Source: Gemmatimonadota bacterium (GTDB lineage: Bacteria; Gemmatimonadota; Gemmatimonadetes; Longimicrobiales; RSA9). From it: DNA of 46,973 bases. This document shows positions 43,855-46,973 of the stretch, in pieces. The notes under the pieces were generated by a model. That model was not told the origin of the DNA and did no database searches. It saw only the letters and a list, made by a program, of their open reading frames with translations. Every line of letters starts with the position of its first letter. The first letter of the stretch is position 1. Location: NCBI GenBank assembly GCA_019689775.1, contig JADGGV010000002.1, positions 1 through 46,973 of the forward strand, given 5' to 3'. A program made the translations under genes and the position numbers.

Positions 43855-44473
43855 CTATGGACCCGCAGCGGCATAGAGCCGAGCGAGCATGAGACAGGCG
43901 AAGGCGACGAAGCGAAGCCCGGCCAACGGGGCGGGAAGCCGCTCGTAATCGCGAGCCAGGCGGCGGAAGCACGCCATCCAGGCGAAGCGTCGCTAGCCCC
44001 CCCACCTGCGGGGCAGAAGCACGAAGCCGTGCTTCGCCTCCGGCAACTTGACGACCTCGAGTTGGATTCCATGCCTCTGGGCCGCCTCGGCGGGCTCCTC
44101 TCCCGTCTAGCCCTGGTCCACCTGGGCCAGCTCCACGCTCACACCCGTGGCGTCCTGCGCGCGCTTCGGCCGCGCGCCCGACGTCCAGCCGCAGCAGCAC
44201 GCGCAGGTCCTGCACGATCTGCTCGAACACGTCTGCGGCCAGCCAGCGCGGGGTCTGCTGGTAGACGGCTTCCCACGGCGGGAAGTTGGTCGGCAGCATG
44301 CGCCAGGGCGCGCCGGCGCGCACGATCCAGCGCAACGCGTTGAACACCTCCCGCAACTCGTGCGTGCGTTGCGCGGCATCTTTTCGAATCAGCGCGAGGT
44401 AGGGAGCGACGAACGCCCACTCCTCGGCCGTGACATCCGTTGGGTAAGGCTTACGGCCAGACTGTTCCTGCAT
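43855..44473 (-). mobile_element. degraded IS5/IS4-family transposase remnant (DUF4096-type N-terminus + C-terminal tail; catalytic core deleted; pseudogene)
   Basis: The N-terminal 95 aa are typical of this family (YPTDVTAEEWAFVAPYL...FNALRWIVRAGAPWRMLPTNFPPWEAVYQQ). After frame loss the 3' part reads [44 protein letters not shown], with an in-frame TAG. About 620 nt remain, where an intact gene needs about 800-900. No terminal inverted repeats were found. Confidence 0.75.
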
Positions 44474-44796
44474 GCAACCAGTCTACCCAGCCCCCTCCCG
44501 ACGGTTGGTGACACGCTCTAGAGACTGGCGCGCGGCGCGCACTCGATAGAATTTACGTCCGGCGCCCCGCCACCGGTACCCTGCCGCCGACCGCCGACGG
44601 CTCGCGGACGCGGGTGCACGGCGGCGCGGCGCCAAGCGGGCGTCGCCCCCCCGCGGCACGCCGCGGCACCGACGTCGCCTCCAGGGGGTACACCCCCGCA
44701 GCCCCTTCGGCGCCCGCCGCCGAGCCCCACGACGCCGCGCCCCGTGCTCCGCCCGCCGGGCGGCGCCCGCCGGCCGACCGACCGGAGGAACACCCG

Positions 44797-45192
44797 ATGA
44801 GACTGCGACTCCCCTTGTACCTGGCGGTCGTGGCCGCGCTGGCGGTCGCGGGCTGCGTGCACCGCTCGCCGGGCGAGAACGAAGAGATCGGCGTCAGCCA
44901 GGCGGATCGCACGATCTACGTCGAGAACCACTCGGACAACGTACTTCGCGTCTTCGCGCTGAACGGCAGCCTGAGCACCTGGATCGGCAACGTCGGCGCC
45001 ATGCGGAGCCGCGACATCCCGCTCCCCGATCCGCTCCCCGGCGGCTCCAACCTGCTCCAGATCCGCGTGCAGTCGACCGGCGGCGGCGTCTTCGATACGC
45101 CGAAGGTCGTGCTGCCGAGCCGGTCCTTCCTGCGCCTCGAGGTCTGGTCGGACATCGGCAGCACGACGTGGGAGGTGCGCCAGCGGTCGTAG
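44797..45192 (+). CDS. lipoprotein (131 aa, hypothetical)
   Basis: Lipobox LAVAGC at residues 15-20 of MRLRLPLYLAVVAALAVAGC. GGAGG lies 8 nt upstream of the ATG. Followed by a strong terminator. Confidence 0.7.
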   Translation: MRLRLPLYLAVVAALAVAGCVHRSPGENEEIGVSQADRTIYVENHSDNVLRVFALNGSLSTWIGNVGAMRSRDIPLPDPLPGGSNLLQIRVQSTGGGVFDTPKVVLPSRSFLRLEVWSDIGSTTWEVRQRS

Positions 45193-45228
45193 CCGCAGCC
45201 CCGACCGCGCCCTCGCCGGAACGCGACT

Positions 45229-45272
45229 CGGCGCCGCCACGCCCGCGGACGTGGCGGCGCCGCCGTCTTTCG
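45229..45272 (+). terminator. rho-independent terminator after the lipoprotein gene
   Basis: 13-bp perfect stem (45229-45241 / 45250-45262), 8-nt loop, then GCCGUCUUUC. Confidence 0.65.
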
Positions 45273-45310
45273 GGCGCCGGCGCCATCCGGCGCCGTAGGC
45301 CCGCCGCCGC

Positions 45311-46870
45311 TCAGTGCCGGAACACGCGCCGCCCCGTGAACACCATTGCCAGCCCGTGCTCGTCCGCCGCGGCGATCACCTCCTCGTCGCGCACCGAGCC
45401 GCCGGGTTGGATGACGGCCCGCACCCCGGCGGCCGCGGCGGTGTCGACGCCGTCGCGGAACGGGAAGTATGCGTCGGAGGCGAGCACGGCGTCGGCCAGC
45501 TCGAGCCCCTGGTCGTTCGCCTTCATCACCGCGACCCGGGCGGAGTCGACGCGGCTCGTCTGGCCCGCGCCGATGCCGAGCGTCATGCCGTCGCGCGCGA
45601 GCACGATCGCGTTCGACTTCACGGACGCGACGACGCGCCAGGCGAAGCGCAGATCGCGCCACTGGCTCTCGGTCGGCTCGCGCTTCGTCACCACGCGCCA
45701 GTCGGTCTCGGGGAACGCGAGCCGCAGGCGGTCCTGGACCAGCATCCCGCCACGCACGCGCTTGTAGTCCAGCTCGCCCTCCCGCCCGAGCTGGAGCGGC
45801 AGCTCGATCAGGCGCAGGTTCTTCTTGCGCCGCAGCACCTCCAGCGCGTCCTCCGTGAAGCCCGGCGCGACCACGATCTCCAGGAACGTGTTCGCCATCG
45901 CCTCGGCCGCACCGCCGTCCACCGGCACGTTGTAGGCGACGATGCCGCCGAACGCCGACACGGGGTCCGCCTGGAGCGCCCGCGTGTACGCGTCGGACGC
46001 CGCGCCGGCGAGCGCGACGCCGCACGGCGTGTTGTGCTTCACGATGACGCAGGCGGCACCCTGCTCCGCCGGCCACGCCGCGACCGCCCACGTCGCCGCC
46101 TCGATGTCCAGCAGGTTGTTGAACGACAGCTCCTTGCCGTGGAGCTGCCGCAGCGACGGCAGCGCGTCCGGCGCCGCGCCGTCCTCGGCGTAGAACGCCG
46201 CCGACTGGCCCGGGTTCTCGCCGTACCGCAGGTCCTGCACCTTGCGCAGCCGCAGTGTGATCTCGCCGGGCAGCCCCGATCCACCGCCGGCGCCCTCGAG
46301 GCCGCCGAGGTAGCCGGCCACGGCCGCGTCGTACGCCGAGGTGTGCGCGAACACCTTCCGGGCCAGCTCCGCCCGGAGGCCCTCCGGCTCACCGCTCCGC
46401 AGCGCCTCGAGCACGCGCGGATAATCCGCGGGATCCACCACCGGGAGCACGAAGCGGTGGTTCTTCGCCGCGGCGCGCAGCATCGTCGGCCCGCCGATGT
46501 CCACCTGCTCCATCGCCTCGTCCAGCGGCGTCGTCGCGCTGACCGTGCGCGTGAACGGGTACAGGTTGACCGCGACCAGCTCGATCGTCGGGTAGCCGTG
46601 TGCCGCCAACGCCCGCAGGTCGTCCGGCACGTCGCGCCGGGCGAGGATCCCGGCGTGGATCGCCGGGTGCAGCGTCTTGACCCGCCCCTCCATCATCTCC
46701 GGGTGGCCGGTCAGCTCGCTCACGTCGCGCACCGCGATCCCCGCCTGCCGCAACGCCTTCGCCGTGCCGCCCGTCGACACCAGCTCCCACCCGAGCTGCG
46801 CCAGCCCCCGGGCGAAGTCCACGATGCCCGTCTTGTCGGAAACGCTCAGGATCGCCCTGGCCATGCCCAT
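45311..46870 (-). CDS. purH: bifunctional AICAR transformylase / IMP cyclohydrolase
   Basis: MGS-like N-terminus ILSVSDKTGIVDFA...STGGTAK...GRVKTLHP and the AICARFT domain to the C-terminal FRH. An ATG at 46864 is an alternative start. Confidence 0.95.
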   Translation of the reverse strand: MGMARAILSVSDKTGIVDFARGLAQLGWELVSTGGTAKALRQAGIAVRDVSELTGHPEMMEGRVKTLHPAIHAGILARRDVPDDLRALAAHGYPTIELVAVNLYPFTRTVSATTPLDEAMEQVDIGGPTMLRAAAKNHRFVLPVVDPADYPRVLEALRSGEPEGLRAELARKVFAHTSAYDAAVAGYLGGLEGAGGGSGLPGEITLRLRKVQDLRYGENPGQSAAFYAEDGAAPDALPSLRQLHGKELSFNNLLDIEAATWAVAAWPAEQGAACVIVKHNTPCGVALAGAASDAYTRALQADPVSAFGGIVAYNVPVDGGAAEAMANTFLEIVVAPGFTEDALEVLRRKKNLRLIELPLQLGREGELDYKRVRGGMLVQDRLRLAFPETDWRVVTKREPTESQWRDLRFAWRVVASVKSNAIVLARDGMTLGIGAGQTSRVDSARVAVMKANDQGLELADAVLASDAYFPFRDGVDTAAAAGVRAVIQPGGSVRDEEVIAAADEHGLAMVFTGRRVFRH

Positions 46871-46973
46871 TCCTTTTCCGGCTCCAAGCCCAACGCGCGG
46901 CGGATCGCGGCCACGTCCGGCGCCGCCGCGGCGCCGAACGCCTCCACCCCCGCGCCCCCGATCTCCTCCGGCC
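46846..46973 (-). CDS. possible 3' end of an upstream gene truncated by the window edge
   Basis: Open frame with high GC3 reading PEEIGGAGVEAFGAAAAPDVAAIRRALGLEPEKEWAWPGRS*. It overlaps the purH start by about 20 nt. Not identifiable. Confidence 0.25.
   Translation of the reverse strand, partial: PEEIGGAGVEAFGAAAAPDVAAIRRALGLEPEKEWAWPGRS

Noticed and set aside
43741-44530. Terminal inverted repeats or target-site duplication for the IS5-like remnant
   Set aside because: Only a 7-nt match (gagcgtg) was found between the putative ends. That is not significant, so the element boundaries are left undefined.
1-46973. CRISPR arrays, rRNA genes, intact prophage, integron or toxin-antitoxin modules
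   Set aside because: No regularly spaced direct repeats, no rRNA-like sequence and no integrase, recombinase or phage structural motifs were seen on either strand.

Overview
Very GC-rich (by eye above 70% G+C) bacterial chromosomal segment, so long spurious antisense and out-of-frame ORFs are everywhere. I separated real genes from these shadow ORFs by recognisable protein motifs, Shine-Dalgarno sites and start/stop coupling. No taxon can be assigned without a database search. Most of the window is housekeeping. It holds a pyrR-pyrB-pyrC operon coupled to an OB/HD exoribonuclease-like gene, an APC amino-acid permease, a VOC/glyoxalase, and tadA plus a LexA-like repressor. It also holds fhs, a complete System I cytochrome c maturation operon (ccmABCDEFGH, including a 44-aa ccmD absent from the ORF track), pntAA-pntAB-pntB and a ROK sugar kinase. 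Further genes are an orphan fused cytochrome b with a small secreted His-rich protein, mprF, a glycogen-debranching enzyme plus treZ, a PAS-GGDEF-EAL protein, cydAB and purH. The best candidate for an undescribed system is a translationally coupled cassette at 32320-35046. It encodes a class-A beta-lactamase-fold serine hydrolase and an M15/LAS zinc peptidase, both without signal peptides, plus a divergent 409-aa protein with glutamine-synthetase-fold carboxylate-amine ligase motifs. A small membrane protein follows it. Other items worth a second look: an ECF sigma / anti-sigma / two tandem secreted HEAT-repeat proteins module; a LexA homolog with Gly in place of the catalytic Ser and no Ala-Gly cleavage site; and two uninterrupted G/C-only palindromic tracts (61 nt and 120 nt). 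There is also a decayed accessory patch holding an oxidoreductase gene fragment, tRNA-Ser(UGA) and an internally deleted IS5-family transposase remnant. No CRISPR array, rRNA or intact mobile element was seen. All family assignments rest on motif recognition from memory and need HMM or BLAST confirmation.
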